Below, piece after piece: positions 40,786 through 54,602 of a DNA stretch of 64,000 bases. The notes below the pieces were generated by a model that worked only from the letters and a program-made list of their open reading frames with translations, ran no database searches and had not been told where the DNA came from. Each line of letters starts with the position of its first letter. Position 1 is the stretch's first letter. A program made the position numbers and the translations under genes. This DNA comes from Myxococcota bacterium (GTDB lineage: Bacteria > Myxococcota_A > UBA9160 > UBA4427): positions 608,001 to 672,000 of the forward strand of contig OZ252299.1 of assembly GCA_965250285.1 (NCBI GenBank). The letters run 5' to 3'.

Positions 40786-41010
40786 ACTGGCGGCGGAGTA
40801 TGACGCCGAAAGCCCTCGTTCTCAAGCTGTACGGGCGGGTTCGCGACCGGCGCGGGCCGATCCGACGCGCCCGGGGCGTGAGACTCGTCTCTGAGCGCTC
40901 GACGCGCGGCCCGCGAGGTGCGAGGCGCCACCTGCCGCGGCCAGAGCGTAGAATTGGCGGCAGTTCACGCATTCGGGCTGCGCCGCCCGTCGAGGGGAAC
41001 GAAGAGCCCG

Positions 41011-43337
41011 ATGAATCCTGGGTGGGTCGCCGCCGTACTCGCGCTCGGCCTGCTCGCGCCGGCACTGGCGCCAGCCGCCATCGTGCAGCGTCGTCGGGCA
41101 GTGCTCGCGGTCGTCGCCGCGGTGAGTGTCGCCGCGACGCTGGTGATGCTCGACCTCGCAGCGCCCGGGCTCCGACTCTCGATCGACCCGAGCAGCGATC
41201 CGCTGCTGCCCGCCGGCGATCCCGCTCGGGCTTCGCACGCGCGCGCCGTCGCCGACTTCGGTGACGACGAGGTCTACGTCGTGGCCGTGGTCTGCGATGC
41301 GGTCTTCGCGGCACCCTGCCTCGACGCGCTCGAACGCGCGGGTGACCGACTGGCTCGGATGGAGGCCGTGCGCTCGGTGTCGCATCTGATGGACGCGACG
41401 CACTTCGCCTTCGATCCCGAGCTCGAGCAGGTCGACATCGTGCCCTTCATCGAGGCGGTGCCAACCGACCCGATCGAGCTGGCGCGTCTCGAACGCGAGG
41501 CCCTCGCCGACCCGGTGTATCAGCGCATCCTGGTCTCGGACGACGCGCGCACCGCGGCGCTCAACGTGCGGTTCCAGGACATGGACGACGGTGCGTTCAT
41601 CGCCGGTCGCTACGACGCCGCGGTCGTCGAGGTGCTCGAAGAAGAGCTCGGCGGGACGCGCGGCTTCCACATCGCCGGGCGACCGCACGTGAAGGTCGCG
41701 GTCTACGAGGGGATCGTCTCGGATCTGCTGCGACTCGGTCCGCTCGTGGCGATCGCGATGTGGGGCGTGCTCTTCGCTGCGTTCGGCCGACTGCGCGCCG
41801 CCCTGCTCCCGATCGGCGTTGCCGCCGGGGCTGTACTGTGGACCCACGCCGCCCTCGTCGCTGCCGGTGAGGCCCTCGACCTCATCACGGCGCTGCTCGC
41901 GCCGATGCTGCTCGCGGTGGCCAGCGTGTACGGCGTTCACGTGGTGGCGCGATTCGACGAAGCCCGATCGCAGCCCCGGGACGCCCCGACGGCCGCGCTC
42001 CGGGCGCTCGAAGAGATCCGGCTGCCGTCGCTCATCGCCTGCGTGACGACCGTCGTCGGCTTCGGTGCGCTGATGATCTCGGACGTCCCGGCGGTGCAGC
42101 GCTTCGGCGGCTTCGCCTGCATCGGGATCCTCTCGGCGACGCTGCTCGCGCTGACGGCGGTGCCCGCGCTGTGCGCGACCGATTCGGGCGCAGCGGGGTT
42201 CGGGCGAAGTGAGCCCGGCCGACTCGATGCCGGGCTCGGCTGGCTGGCCGACCGGGTTCAGCGCCACGCCGTGGCGATCCTCGCCGTGTCGGGGGTCGTG
42301 ATCGTCGCGTCGGTCGCGCTGATCCCGGGCATCGAGATCGACACCGATCAGCTCTCGAACTTCTCGGCCGAACACCCCGTACGGCTCGACTTCGAGGCCG
42401 TGAACGAGGGGCTGGCCGGCGCGGTCCCGCTCTACGTCGCCGTCGAGGGCGCCGAGCCCGGTGCGCTGCGCCAGCCCGCGCTGCTCGAGTCGGTCGCGAC
42501 CCTGCAGGCGGCGCTCGATCGCGTGACCGGCGTGGGCCGCACGATCTCGGTGCTCGACTCGATGCGGCCGCTCAACCGGGCGTTCGCCGCCGGCGACCCG
42601 GCGGCCGAACGCATCCCCGAGAGCCGCGCCGGCGTGAGCGAGCTCTACTTCATGATGCCGCGCGACGAGACGTCTCGGCTGCTGACACTCGACCATTCCC
42701 GCGCGAACGTCGTCGTGCGCACCGGGCTGGTCGGTTCGAGCGCGCTGCTCGGGCTTTCGGATCGCATCGACGCTGTGATCGCGGCGCATCCGCTCGAAGC
42801 CGGCGCGCGGGCCGAGCTCACGGGGCGCGCGTTGATTCTCGCCCGCGGTGCCGATGGGCTCGCGCGCAGTCAACCGCTCGGCGTCGTGCTCGCCACGCTC
42901 GCGATCGCAGTGCTGGTGTCGGTGTCGCTCGGGTCGGTGCGACTCGGACTCGCGACGATGGTGCCGAACGTCGTCCCCCTGATCGCCTTCTACGGCCTCA
43001 TGGGGCCGGGGCCGCGCATCTGTCGCTGCCGACCAGCCTCGTCGGCAGCATGGCGCTCGGGATCGCCATCGACGACAGCGTGCATTTCATGGTGCGATAC
43101 GGCCGGGAACGGCGCAGCGGCCGCGCGCCCGGGCCGGCGGCGCGAACGACGACACGGCACGTCGGCCGGCCGATCGCGATCACGTCGCTGATGCTCGTGC
43201 TCGGGTTCGGGATCGTCATGGCGAGCCGCTTCTCGACGCTCACCGAGTTCGGCGGGCTGGCGGCCTGGACGATGGCGTCGTGCCTCGTCGCCGATCTCGT
43301 CTTGTTGCCGGCGCTGCTCGTGAAGCTGCGCGTCTGA
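41011..43337 (+). pseudogene. MMPL/RND-family lipid exporter, frameshifted at about 43002-43005 (true lesion or sequencing indel)
   Basis: TM4 LAVASVYGVH, TTVVGFGAL; the C-terminal LGIAIDDSVH...DLVLLPALL continues in another frame; adding one G restores YGLMGAGAAHLSLPTS. Confidence 0.8.
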
Positions 43338-43419
43338 GCACCCGACCCGGCTCGGGGCGTCGTTTGCGACGCTATGTTTGAGCGGTCCGCTCGCTTCCCT
43401 CTCGCACGGTGGTCGCTCC

Positions 43420-44637
43420 ATGACGCTCGATGACATCGACTTGACCCGGCACGATCTCTATCGGCAGGGCTTTCCGCACGAGGTCTTCACGCAGCTGCGC
43501 GCCGAGGCGCCGGTCTGGCGCCATCCCGACGTGCCGGGGCTCTCGGAGACGGTGGGGGAGTCGTTCACCGTGCTGTCGCGGTATGCGGACATCCAGGCGA
43601 CGAACCGCGATGCCGAGACGTTCCTCTCGTGCCGTGGTCCCGGCCTCGGCTACGACGGCACCGGCCTGATGCTGACCGACATGGACGGGCCGTCGCATAT
43701 TCGACAGCGCCGGCTGATCAGCTCGGGCTTCACGCCGCGCATGACCCGGCGACTCGAAGACCAGGCGCGCCAGTGGGCGATCGAAATCGTCGAGGCGGCG
43801 CTCGAGAAGCAGAGCGTCGAGTTCGTGCAGGAGGTCGCCTACCAGCTGCCGATGCACATGATCGCCGACGTGCTCGGGATCCCGCGCGAAGATCGCGAGT
43901 GGCTCTTCACGACGACGAACGACATGCTGCTCGCGGCGGATCCCGATCATCCCATCGACGAGAGCGAGCGTCTCGGACTGGCCGGACAGATCTATGCGTA
44001 CGGGCAGGAGATCGCCGCGCGCAAGCGGGCCGATGCGACCGACGACGTGCTCTCGGTGCTCGCCACCGTCGAAGACGACCAGGGGCCGCTCAGCGAGATG
44101 GAGCTCGATGCGTTCTTCATGCTCCTGACCGTCGCGGGCAGTGAGACGACGCGCAACGCGATCTCGGGTGGGCTGCATCAGCTGCTCGCCGAATCGGCCC
44201 AGCTCGACGCGCTGCGCAAGGATCCGGGCCTGCTCAAGGGGGCGACCGAAGAGATCATTCGCTGGTCGTCGCCGGTGGCCTACTTCCAGCGTGTCGTTGC
44301 GCGCGACACCGAGATCGCGGGCGTGCCCGTTCACGAAGGCGAGCGGCTCACGCTCTGGTACGCCTCGGCCAATCGCGACGACGCCGTCTTCGACGACCCC
44401 TTCCGGTTCGACATTCACCGCGAAAAGAACGAGCACGTCGCGTTCGGCGGCGGTGGCCCGCACTTCTGCCTGGGGGCCCACCTCGCGCGCCGCGAGATCA
44501 CGATCTTGTTCGAAGAGCTGCTGAAACGCACGAGCGAGATCGAGCTGATCGGTGAGCCGACGTACAGCGTGCTCGGCATCGGGAGCCCGATCCTGATGTC
44601 GCTCGGTCAGCTCCCGGTGCGGCTGCGGGCGGCGTGA
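43420..44637 (+). CDS. Cytochrome P450 (CYP124/125/142-like)
   Basis: I-helix VAGSETT, ExxR EIIR, heme ligand FGGGGPHFCLG, WYASANRD. Confidence 0.95.
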   Translation: MTLDDIDLTRHDLYRQGFPHEVFTQLRAEAPVWRHPDVPGLSETVGESFTVLSRYADIQATNRDAETFLSCRGPGLGYDGTGLMLTDMDGPSHIRQRRLISSGFTPRMTRRLEDQARQWAIEIVEAALEKQSVEFVQEVAYQLPMHMIADVLGIPREDREWLFTTTNDMLLAADPDHPIDESERLGLAGQIYAYGQEIAARKRADATDDVLSVLATVEDDQGPLSEMELDAFFMLLTVAGSETTRNAISGGLHQLLAESAQLDALRKDPGLLKGATEEIIRWSSPVAYFQRVVARDTEIAGVPVHEGERLTLWYASANRDDAVFDDPFRFDIHREKNEHVAFGGGGPHFCLGAHLARREITILFEELLKRTSEIELIGEPTYSVLGIGSPILMSLGQLPVRLRAA

Positions 44638-44692
44638 ACTCGGGCCGGCGCCGCTGGGTCATTGGGCGCCTCCACACCGGCCTCCCGACGGC

Positions 44693-45373
44693 TCAGCCGA
44701 TTGCGGCCTCGGCCTCGGCGCGCAGAGCGTCGATCGCCTGCTTGAAGTCGGGCTGCCCGAAGATGGCCGTGCCCGCGACGAAGTTGCGTGCGCCGGCCCG
44801 CGCGGCCGGTGCGATCGTGCCCGGCTTGATGCCCCCGTCGACCTGCAGGCTCACCTCGCGGCCGCTCTCGTCGATCCAACGGCGCACGACCTCGATCTTG
44901 CGCTCGACGGCGGTGATGTACGACTGCCCGCCGAACCCCGGGTTCACGGTCATCAACAGCACCTGATCGACGTCGCCCAGGACGTCGCGAATCCCCTCCT
45001 CGGGGGACGCCGGGTTCAGCACGACGCACGCTTTCGCGCCGAGCTCCTTGATCTGCGCGACGTTGCGGTGCAGGTGCGGGCAGGCCTCGACGTGCACACC
45101 GACGATGTCGGCACCCGCCGATACGAAGTCGGGCACGTACTTCTCAGGCTCGACGATCATCAGGTGCACGTCGAGGGGCAGGTGCGTCGCTGGCTTGATC
45201 GCCTCGACGACGAAGGGCCCGATCGTCAGGTTGGGGACGAAGCGCCCGTCCATCACATCGACGTGAATCAGGTCGGCGCCGGCGTCGGTCACGCGACGCA
45301 CCTGGTCGCCGAGCTCGGCGATCTTCGAAGCGAGGATCGAGGGCGCGATCTCGACGGTCGTGTGTGCGCTCAT
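44693..45373 (-). CDS. rpe: Ribulose-phosphate 3-epimerase
   Basis: IAPSILA, HVDVMDG, DVHLM, MTVNPGFGGQ, VDGGI. Confidence 0.97.
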   Translation of the reverse strand: MSAHTTVEIAPSILASKIAELGDQVRRVTDAGADLIHVDVMDGRFVPNLTIGPFVVEAIKPATHLPLDVHLMIVEPEKYVPDFVSAGADIVGVHVEACPHLHRNVAQIKELGAKACVVLNPASPEEGIRDVLGDVDQVLLMTVNPGFGGQSYITAVERKIEVVRRWIDESGREVSLQVDGGIKPGTIAPAARAGARNFVAGTAIFGQPDFKQAIDALRAEAEAAIG

Positions 45374-45412
45374 GGGTTCGTTCCCCCGGCCTTCGATTCT
45401 AGGGTGCCTGGT

Positions 45413-46867
45413 CTAGGGCGCCTGCTTGACGATGCGCGCCGCGAAGAACCCGTCGGCGTCGTGCCGATGCGGCAGGGTGTGCAGCTGGCCGCGTTCGTCG
45501 ACCCAGGGCCGCACGGTGTCGGGCAGCTCACTGGGCACTGCGAGCCGGCAGTCGGGGTGTCGCTCGAGGAACGCCTCGACCACCGCCTCGTTCTCCTCTT
45601 CGAGCACGGTGCACGTACTGTAGACGAGCGCGCCGCCGGGCCTCAATACGCCGATGGCCTGATCGAGGATGCGCCCTTGGATCGTCGCGAGCCGGCCGGG
45701 GTCGTCGGGCTCGATGCGCCAGCGCGCGTCGGGGTTGCGACGCAGGCTTCCGATGCCCGAACACGGCGCGTCGACGAGCACGCGGTCGAAGGGTTGCTCG
45801 CTGGCGTCGCGCTCCGTATCCCGGGTCGAGGGCAGATCGCCGAGCGGCCGCGTCGCGTCGCGCGCGATCGTGTGCAGGCTCGAGAGACCGAGTCGCCGGC
45901 AGTCGCGCCCGACGAGCTTGAGGCGCTCGGGATGGCGATCGAGCGCGAGCACGCGGCCTGCCGGCCCGAGTCGCTCGGCGATGCCCGTCGCCTTCGTGCC
46001 GGGCGCGGCGCAGACGTCGAGCACGTGATCGTCGGGCTCGGCGCCCACCATCTCGATCACGAGCTGCGAGGCCTCGTCCTGCACGGTGAAGTCCCCTGCG
46101 ACGAAGGCGGGGTCGCGCCGTGGGTCGCCCTTGCGCGCGAGCACGACGCCGAAGGGCGCGCGCACGCAGGGCGCTGCGTCGGGATGGCGCTCGACGAGCC
46201 GTGGCAGCATGGCGTCGCGTGTCGTGCGCGCGGCATTCACGCGCACCGTGAGGGGCGGCGGGTGATTGCACGCCTCGGCGAAGGCGGCGGCTTCGTCGGC
46301 GCCCCAGTCGCTCACGAGTCGCTCTGCGAGCCACTGCGGCAGCGAGAGCGCATCGCGCAGATGCGCGATGGGGTCGTCTTCGAGGGACGGCGGCTTCCAC
46401 TTCTCGTGGTCGCGCGCGATGCGGCGGAGCACGGCGTTCACGAGACCCGTGGCGCGCTCGGCGTGCAGCGCGCGCACGCAGCGCACCGCCTCGTCGACGG
46501 CGGCGTTGACGGGCACACGATCCATGAACAGGAGCTGATAGGCGCCAGCGCGCAGCGCGGTCACGACGAGCGGTTCGAGATCGGCCAGGGGGCGGTCGAC
46601 GGCCTGCTGCAACACCCAGTCGATGCGCGCGCGCCAGCGCAGCGTGCCGTACACGATCTCGGTCGCCATCGCGCGGTCGGCCGCCGGCAGGTTGCTCTGC
46701 GCGAGCGCCTGGTTGAGCGCGAGGTCGGCGAACGCGCGCAGGCGCTCGACGCGTTCGAGGACGCGGACGGCCAATAGCCGCGACTGCGTGGGCGAACCGG
46801 CCTTGCGGCCCGCGCCCGGGGCCGGGCCGGTGCGCTGGTGTCGACCGCCGGGCTTGCGGCCGCTCAT
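45413..46867 (-). CDS. rsmB: 16S rRNA m5C967 methyltransferase
   Basis: NusB-like N-terminus (YGTLRW, NAVLR); VQDEASQ, DVCAAPGTK, DAPCSG, VYSTCT. Confidence 0.95.
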   Translation of the reverse strand: MSGRKPGGRHQRTGPAPGAGRKAGSPTQSRLLAVRVLERVERLRAFADLALNQALAQSNLPAADRAMATEIVYGTLRWRARIDWVLQQAVDRPLADLEPLVVTALRAGAYQLLFMDRVPVNAAVDEAVRCVRALHAERATGLVNAVLRRIARDHEKWKPPSLEDDPIAHLRDALSLPQWLAERLVSDWGADEAAAFAEACNHPPPLTVRVNAARTTRDAMLPRLVERHPDAAPCVRAPFGVVLARKGDPRRDPAFVAGDFTVQDEASQLVIEMVGAEPDDHVLDVCAAPGTKATGIAERLGPAGRVLALDRHPERLKLVGRDCRRLGLSSLHTIARDATRPLGDLPSTRDTERDASEQPFDRVLVDAPCSGIGSLRRNPDARWRIEPDDPGRLATIQGRILDQAIGVLRPGGALVYSTCTVLEEENEAVVEAFLERHPDCRLAVPSELPDTVRPWVDERGQLHTLPHRHDADGFFAARIVKQAP

Positions 46868-46904
46868 CGCGCGTCTCCGCGCAGCGGGTTCATCGACGGC
46901 GTAT

Positions 46905-47957
46905 TCACGTGGAGGCTCCCCGATCGGGCGGGGTCGGGTCGAAGCGCGCCGGGCCCGACAGCGCATGGCCGCGCAGGAAGGCGTCGGTGGGCATGGCCTT
47001 CTTGCCTTCGCGCTGCACCTCGAGCGGGACGAGCCATCCATCGCCCGTACCGACGAGCAGCGCCGGCGCCCCGCCGCCCGCGCCGAGCACCACGCTGCCG
47101 GGCTTCGCGGTGAGCGGGGGCGTTTCGTCTTCGGTGGCGACGCGGGCACGCAGCACGCGCAGCGCGATGCGCTGTTCGCCGTCTTCGAGCGTGGCGAACG
47201 CACCCGGTCGCGGGGCCATGCCGTGCACGTGACGCACCAGCGTGTGCGCCGGTCGCCGCCAGTCGATCCAGCCGTCCGCCTTCTCGAGCTTGGGTGCGAG
47301 CGTCATCTGTTTTGCATCCTGTGCCTGCCAGCGCACCGTGCCGTCGGCGATTTGATCCAGCGCCTCGACCAGCGCCGGCCCCGCCATGTCGCCGAGGCGC
47401 GCGGTCAGCTCGGCGGTGTTCTCCATCGGGTCGATGGGCGTCGCGGCCACGAGCGCGACCGGGCCGGCGTCCATCTTGCGATCGACTCGCATGACCGAGA
47501 TGCCGGTCTCGGCGTCGCCGTCGAGGATCGACTGCGCGATGGGCGATGCGCCGCGGTGGCGGGGCAGCAGGCTGGCGTGGGCGTTGATCATGAACCCCTT
47601 CGAAGGCAGCTCGCGCACCGACTTCGGAATGAACTGTCCGAACGCGACGACGACGCCGACGTCGGGCGTGGTCGCGCGCAGCGCCTCGACGCAGTCGGGC
47701 GCACCGACCTTCTCGGGTCTCAGGAGCGGCACGCCGAGCTCGAGCGATCGCGCCGAGACAGGCGAGGGCGACGTCTTGCGGCCGCGGCCGCGCGGACGGT
47801 CGGGCTGGCTCACGACGCAAACCACCTCGTGTCGACTCGCGACGATCGTGTCGAGGCTGTTCAGGGCGATGTCGGGCGTGCCGAGAAAGACGACGCGAAG
47901 GCCGGGGGCGCGCGCCGCCCCTCGCGCTTGGGGGGCCTGAGAGGAGGAAGGGCTCAG
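46905..47957 (-). CDS. fmt: Methionyl-tRNA formyltransferase (start uncertain, probably CTG)
   Basis: VFLGTPD, SQPDRPRGRG, NAHASLLPRHRGASPI, MDAG. Confidence 0.93.
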   Translation of the reverse strand: MSPSSSQAPQARGAARAPGLRVVFLGTPDIALNSLDTIVASRHEVVCVVSQPDRPRGRGRKTSPSPVSARSLELGVPLLRPEKVGAPDCVEALRATTPDVGVVVAFGQFIPKSVRELPSKGFMINAHASLLPRHRGASPIAQSILDGDAETGISVMRVDRKMDAGPVALVAATPIDPMENTAELTARLGDMAGPALVEALDQIADGTVRWQAQDAKQMTLAPKLEKADGWIDWRRPAHTLVRHVHGMAPRPGAFATLEDGEQRIALRVLRARVATEDETPPLTAKPGSVVLGAGGGAPALLVGTGDGWLVPLEVQREGKKAMPTDAFLRGHALSGPARFDPTPPDRGAST

Positions 47958-48475
47958 GACTCTTCCTCTTCGCGCAGCTGCTTCTTGCGCTTCTTGACGT
48001 AGCGGCTGCGCTTCAGAAAGCTGATGCGGTCGATGAACAGCTTGCCGTCGAGGTGGTCGTACTCGTGCTGCATGCACACCGCCCGCAGGCCGGTGCACTC
48101 CTCGGTGAATTCCTTGCCATCCAGGTCGAGAGCCTTGATCGTCACCTCGGCGGCGCGCTCGACGTCGGCGGTGAGGTCGGGCACCGAGAGGCATCCCTCC
48201 TCCCAGGTGATCTTGCCCTCGGTGCGCACGAACTCGGGGTTGATCAGCACCGTGGGGTTCTTCGAGCCGTCTTCTTCGGTCCAGTCGGTGTCGATCACGA
48301 ACATGCGGATCGCCTCGCCCACCTGGGGCGCAGCCAGCCCGATGCCCGGCTCGTCGTACATCACTTCGCACATGTCGCGCGCGAGCTCGCGAATCTCGTC
48401 GGTGATCTCTTCGATCGGCTTCGACACGCGCTTCAGACGCGGATCGGGGAACTGCAGAACTTCGAGAAGGGCCAT
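47954..48475 (-). CDS. def: Peptide deformylase
   Basis: GIGLAAPQ, EGCLS, QHEYDHLDG. Confidence 0.97.
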   Translation of the reverse strand: MALLEVLQFPDPRLKRVSKPIEEITDEIRELARDMCEVMYDEPGIGLAAPQVGEAIRMFVIDTDWTEEDGSKNPTVLINPEFVRTEGKITWEEGCLSVPDLTADVERAAEVTIKALDLDGKEFTEECTGLRAVCMQHEYDHLDGKLFIDRISFLKRSRYVKKRKKQLREEEES

Positions 48476-48659
48476 CGATCGCCTCGTGCCAGCGACCCGC
48501 ACCGCGAAGCGCGCCGCCCGCGCGGCTCGTTCGGTGCGGATCCGATTGGTGCGGGGGTGGTTCGATGCGCGCGGAGCCGGGGCATGAACACCCCCGCGCC
48601 CGCCCGCTCGAGGCGCTCGGGAGAAGCGCTAACCCCCCGAATCACCGCCGGTTTCGGCG

Positions 48660-51146
<2,487 letters not shown>

Positions 51147-51216
51147 CGGCGGGGGGTCCGCGCTGCGCGAAGCGGCGTGCTCATGTCGGCAGTCTAGCGG
51201 CGCGGGCTCGCGCCGG

Positions 51217-52014
51217 ATGCAGGAGAGTCGAAGCTTGGCCAAGGCGCCGCGCTCGAAAGAGAAGAACGAGGGGCGCCGGGTCGACACGCCCCGCCAGCGC
51301 CGAAAGCGAGCTGGGCGCTCGGAACGGGCGTCGCGCGTGCGTGTTCAGGAGAGTCGCTACGGCCGCGAGCTGATCGTCGACGAAACCTTCGCGAGCCTCT
51401 ACCGCCCGGGCGACGCATCGACGGGCTCGGTGTGGGATGCGATCGGCGCGCCGCTGTTGCTGCGGCCGCCGACGGCGCGGCATCGCCTGCTCGTGCTCGG
51501 GCTCGGTGGCGGCAGCGTCGCGAGGCAGCTGCGCCGGCTCGCGCCCGCGGCGCAGATCGTCGCGGTGGAGCTCGACCGCGAGGTCGTCGACGTGGCCCGG
51601 GCCGAGTTCGATCTCGACGAGCTCGGCCTCGAGGTGATCATCGACGACGCGCTGGCGGTGCTCGAGCGCGAGCGCAGACGTTTCGACGCGATCTTCGAAG
51701 ACGTCTTCATCGGGCGGGGGGACGGCGTGCACAAGCCCGATTGGATCCCGTCGCCCGGCCACGACCTCGCGGCCAGGAGACTCAAGCCCGGGGGCGTCCT
51801 CGTGACGAACACGCTCGACGAGGCGCCGGCCGTCGGCCGGGCCCTGTCGGCGCGCTTCGAACACGTGGTGTCGATCGGCATCGACGAGTTCGACAACCGT
51901 GTGCTCGTCGCGAGCGACGCGACGTTCGATGCGAAGAGCCTGCGCGCGTCGGTGGCGGCGACGCCGCTCTATGACGACGCGTTGCCCGCGCTGTCGTTTC
52001 GCACGCTGGTCTAG
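51217..52014 (+). CDS. Class I SAM-dependent methyltransferase / spermidine-synthase-like
   Basis: LVLGLGGG, AVELDREVVDVA, DDA, FDAIFEDVF, LKPGGVL. Confidence 0.8.
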   Translation: MQESRSLAKAPRSKEKNEGRRVDTPRQRRKRAGRSERASRVRVQESRYGRELIVDETFASLYRPGDASTGSVWDAIGAPLLLRPPTARHRLLVLGLGGGSVARQLRRLAPAAQIVAVELDREVVDVARAEFDLDELGLEVIIDDALAVLERERRRFDAIFEDVFIGRGDGVHKPDWIPSPGHDLAARRLKPGGVLVTNTLDEAPAVGRALSARFEHVVSIGIDEFDNRVLVASDATFDAKSLRASVAATPLYDDALPALSFRTLV

Positions 52015-52059
52015 CGGGTTGGTCCGCCGGCTCGGGCGCTGCTGGCCCGCCCCGCGTCG

Positions 52060-52878
52060 TCATCGCTCGTCGTCGAGGAATTGCAGCACCACGTGATTGA
52101 AGCGCTCGGCGCTCTCGGCCATCACGATGTGGGCGCCGTAGCTGAGCGTCACCAGCTGGCTGTCGGGGATCAGGTCGGCCAGCTCACGGTGAAACTTCGG
52201 TGGCGTCAGCTGATCGTGGCGACCGCAGATGATCATGGTCGGGTGGGGCAGGCTGCCGAGCCGATCGGCGGCGTCGTGCGCGATGCTGGCGTCGAACTGG
52301 CGGATGATCAGGTCCTCGCTGAACGGGATGTCGACCGGGTCGACCGGCCGCGTCATCGACTTGACGAGGTCGGCCTCTTCGAGGGTCTCGTCCTGCATGG
52401 TCCAGAGCATGCGCTGGTAGACCATCGAAGAGAACGGCACGCCGTCCTGCATCATGTGCGCCCAATGCTTCAGCAGGATCACCCGCTTGGCGTCGGGTTT
52501 GGCATACGTGCCGACCAGCACGAGCTTGCGCACCAGGTCGGGATCGGTGATCGCGAGCTCCTGCGCGACCATGCCGCCCATGAAGGTGCCGAGCACGTCG
52601 ACGGGGCCGAGGCCGAGCGCCCGCACGAGCGCGCCCGCGTCGGCGGCGAGGTCGGCGATCGTGAACGTGCCGCCGGGGTCCGCGCTCTCACCGATGCCGC
52701 GATGATCGAAGATCAGCACGGCGCGCGTCTGGACGAATTCGGGCAGCTGCAGGGCGTGCCATCCCGAGCACGCACCGGCCATCCCCGTGACGAGCATCAG
52801 CGGAGGCCCCGCGGCTTCGCCCGACGGCTGGTGCAGCTCGTAGTAGAGAGGGCGACCGTAGACTTCGGCCAGCGGCAT
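52060..52878 (-). CDS. Alpha/beta-hydrolase-fold protein (nucleophile Ser replaced by Phe)
   Basis: FDHRGIGES, GTFMGG elbow, GRHDQLTP, GAH. Confidence 0.88.
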   Translation of the reverse strand: MPLAEVYGRPLYYELHQPSGEAAGPPLMLVTGMAGACSGWHALQLPEFVQTRAVLIFDHRGIGESADPGGTFTIADLAADAGALVRALGLGPVDVLGTFMGGMVAQELAITDPDLVRKLVLVGTYAKPDAKRVILLKHWAHMMQDGVPFSSMVYQRMLWTMQDETLEEADLVKSMTRPVDPVDIPFSEDLIIRQFDASIAHDAADRLGSLPHPTMIICGRHDQLTPPKFHRELADLIPDSQLVTLSYGAHIVMAESAERFNHVVLQFLDDER

Positions 52879-52982
52879 TCCAGACTCCTTCGCAGAGATC
52901 GAGCCTGCGTCGACCTATCATACGTCCGATGCGTCGCGTTCGACATGTCGGTCGGCGCGCAAAGCAGGCGTGGGAGAGATTC

Positions 52983-53954
52983 ATGGAGTTCGGATTCGCC
53001 CCGGTGCAGTCGCGCCCCCGCTTCGACGAGATGCAGGCCCAGGCTCGGCTCGCCGAAGAGCTGGGCTACGCCGCGCTCTGGGCACACGAACACCACTCGC
53101 AGGGCATGATGTATCCCGACCCGTTGATGACGCTGGCGGCGCTGGCTCCGCTGACCCGGCGCATCGGACTCGGTACGAACATGCTGCTGCTGCCGATCCA
53201 TCACCCCGTTCGGGTCGCGCAAGCGGCGGCCATGCTCGACGTGCTGAGCGAAGGGCGAGCGCGGCTCGGCGTTGCGAACGGGTACTCGGCCCACGATCTG
53301 CGGGCGTTCGGGATGACCGGTCGTCACCGCGGGCACCGGCTCGACTCGGGCCTGCAGCTGATCCGCGACCTGTGGTCGGGCGAGCCCGTGACGGCCAGAG
53401 GCGACGACTTCGACCTCGAAGGCTTCGAGCTCTTTCCTCGGCCCGTGCAGCCCGGCGGTCCGCCGATCTACGTGGGGGGGCACGCCGAGGTGGCCGTGCG
53501 CCGGGCGGCTCGGCTCGGAGACCACTATCTGATCTCGACGACCCAGGTCGCGAGCGAGATCCCCGGGTTGGTTGCCACGTATCACGCTGCGCTCGCCGAG
53601 CTCGGCGCGGCCCCGCGTTCGCCGACCCTCAACCGCATCGTCTGCGTGGTCGACGACGCAGCGAAGAAGCAGGAGGCCGAGCGCTTCTTTGCGCGCGCCC
53701 TGATCCAGCTCTACGAGGCCTGGGGCCACAGCAACGTGACGTCGCTCGACGAAGATGCGCGCGCGCACCGCACGCTCTGCGACGAGCACTTCATCATCGG
53801 TGAGCCGAGCGAGTGCACCGAGCGCGTGCAGTCGTACGCCGAGATGGGCGTCGGTCACATCGCCTGCTTGATGAACTTCGGCGGGCCCGACCTCGCGTGG
53901 GTCGATCGATCGATGCGCCTGCTCGCCGAGCAGGTCATGCCCAAGGTTTCGTGA
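52983..53954 (+). CDS. LLM-class flavin-dependent oxidoreductase
   Basis: AEELGY..WAHEHH, TRRIGLGT, LDVLSEGR, PRPVQPGGPPIYVGG. Confidence 0.92.
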   Translation: MEFGFAPVQSRPRFDEMQAQARLAEELGYAALWAHEHHSQGMMYPDPLMTLAALAPLTRRIGLGTNMLLLPIHHPVRVAQAAAMLDVLSEGRARLGVANGYSAHDLRAFGMTGRHRGHRLDSGLQLIRDLWSGEPVTARGDDFDLEGFELFPRPVQPGGPPIYVGGHAEVAVRRAARLGDHYLISTTQVASEIPGLVATYHAALAELGAAPRSPTLNRIVCVVDDAAKKQEAERFFARALIQLYEAWGHSNVTSLDEDARAHRTLCDEHFIIGEPSECTERVQSYAEMGVGHIACLMNFGGPDLAWVDRSMRLLAEQVMPKVS

Positions 53955-54000
53955 ATGTCGGGGTGCGCGCCGCGGGCGCGCGCGTCGGTCGCCGCGTGCG

Positions 54001-54591
<591 letters not shown>

Positions 54592-54602
54592 TTAGGCAGG
54601 GC

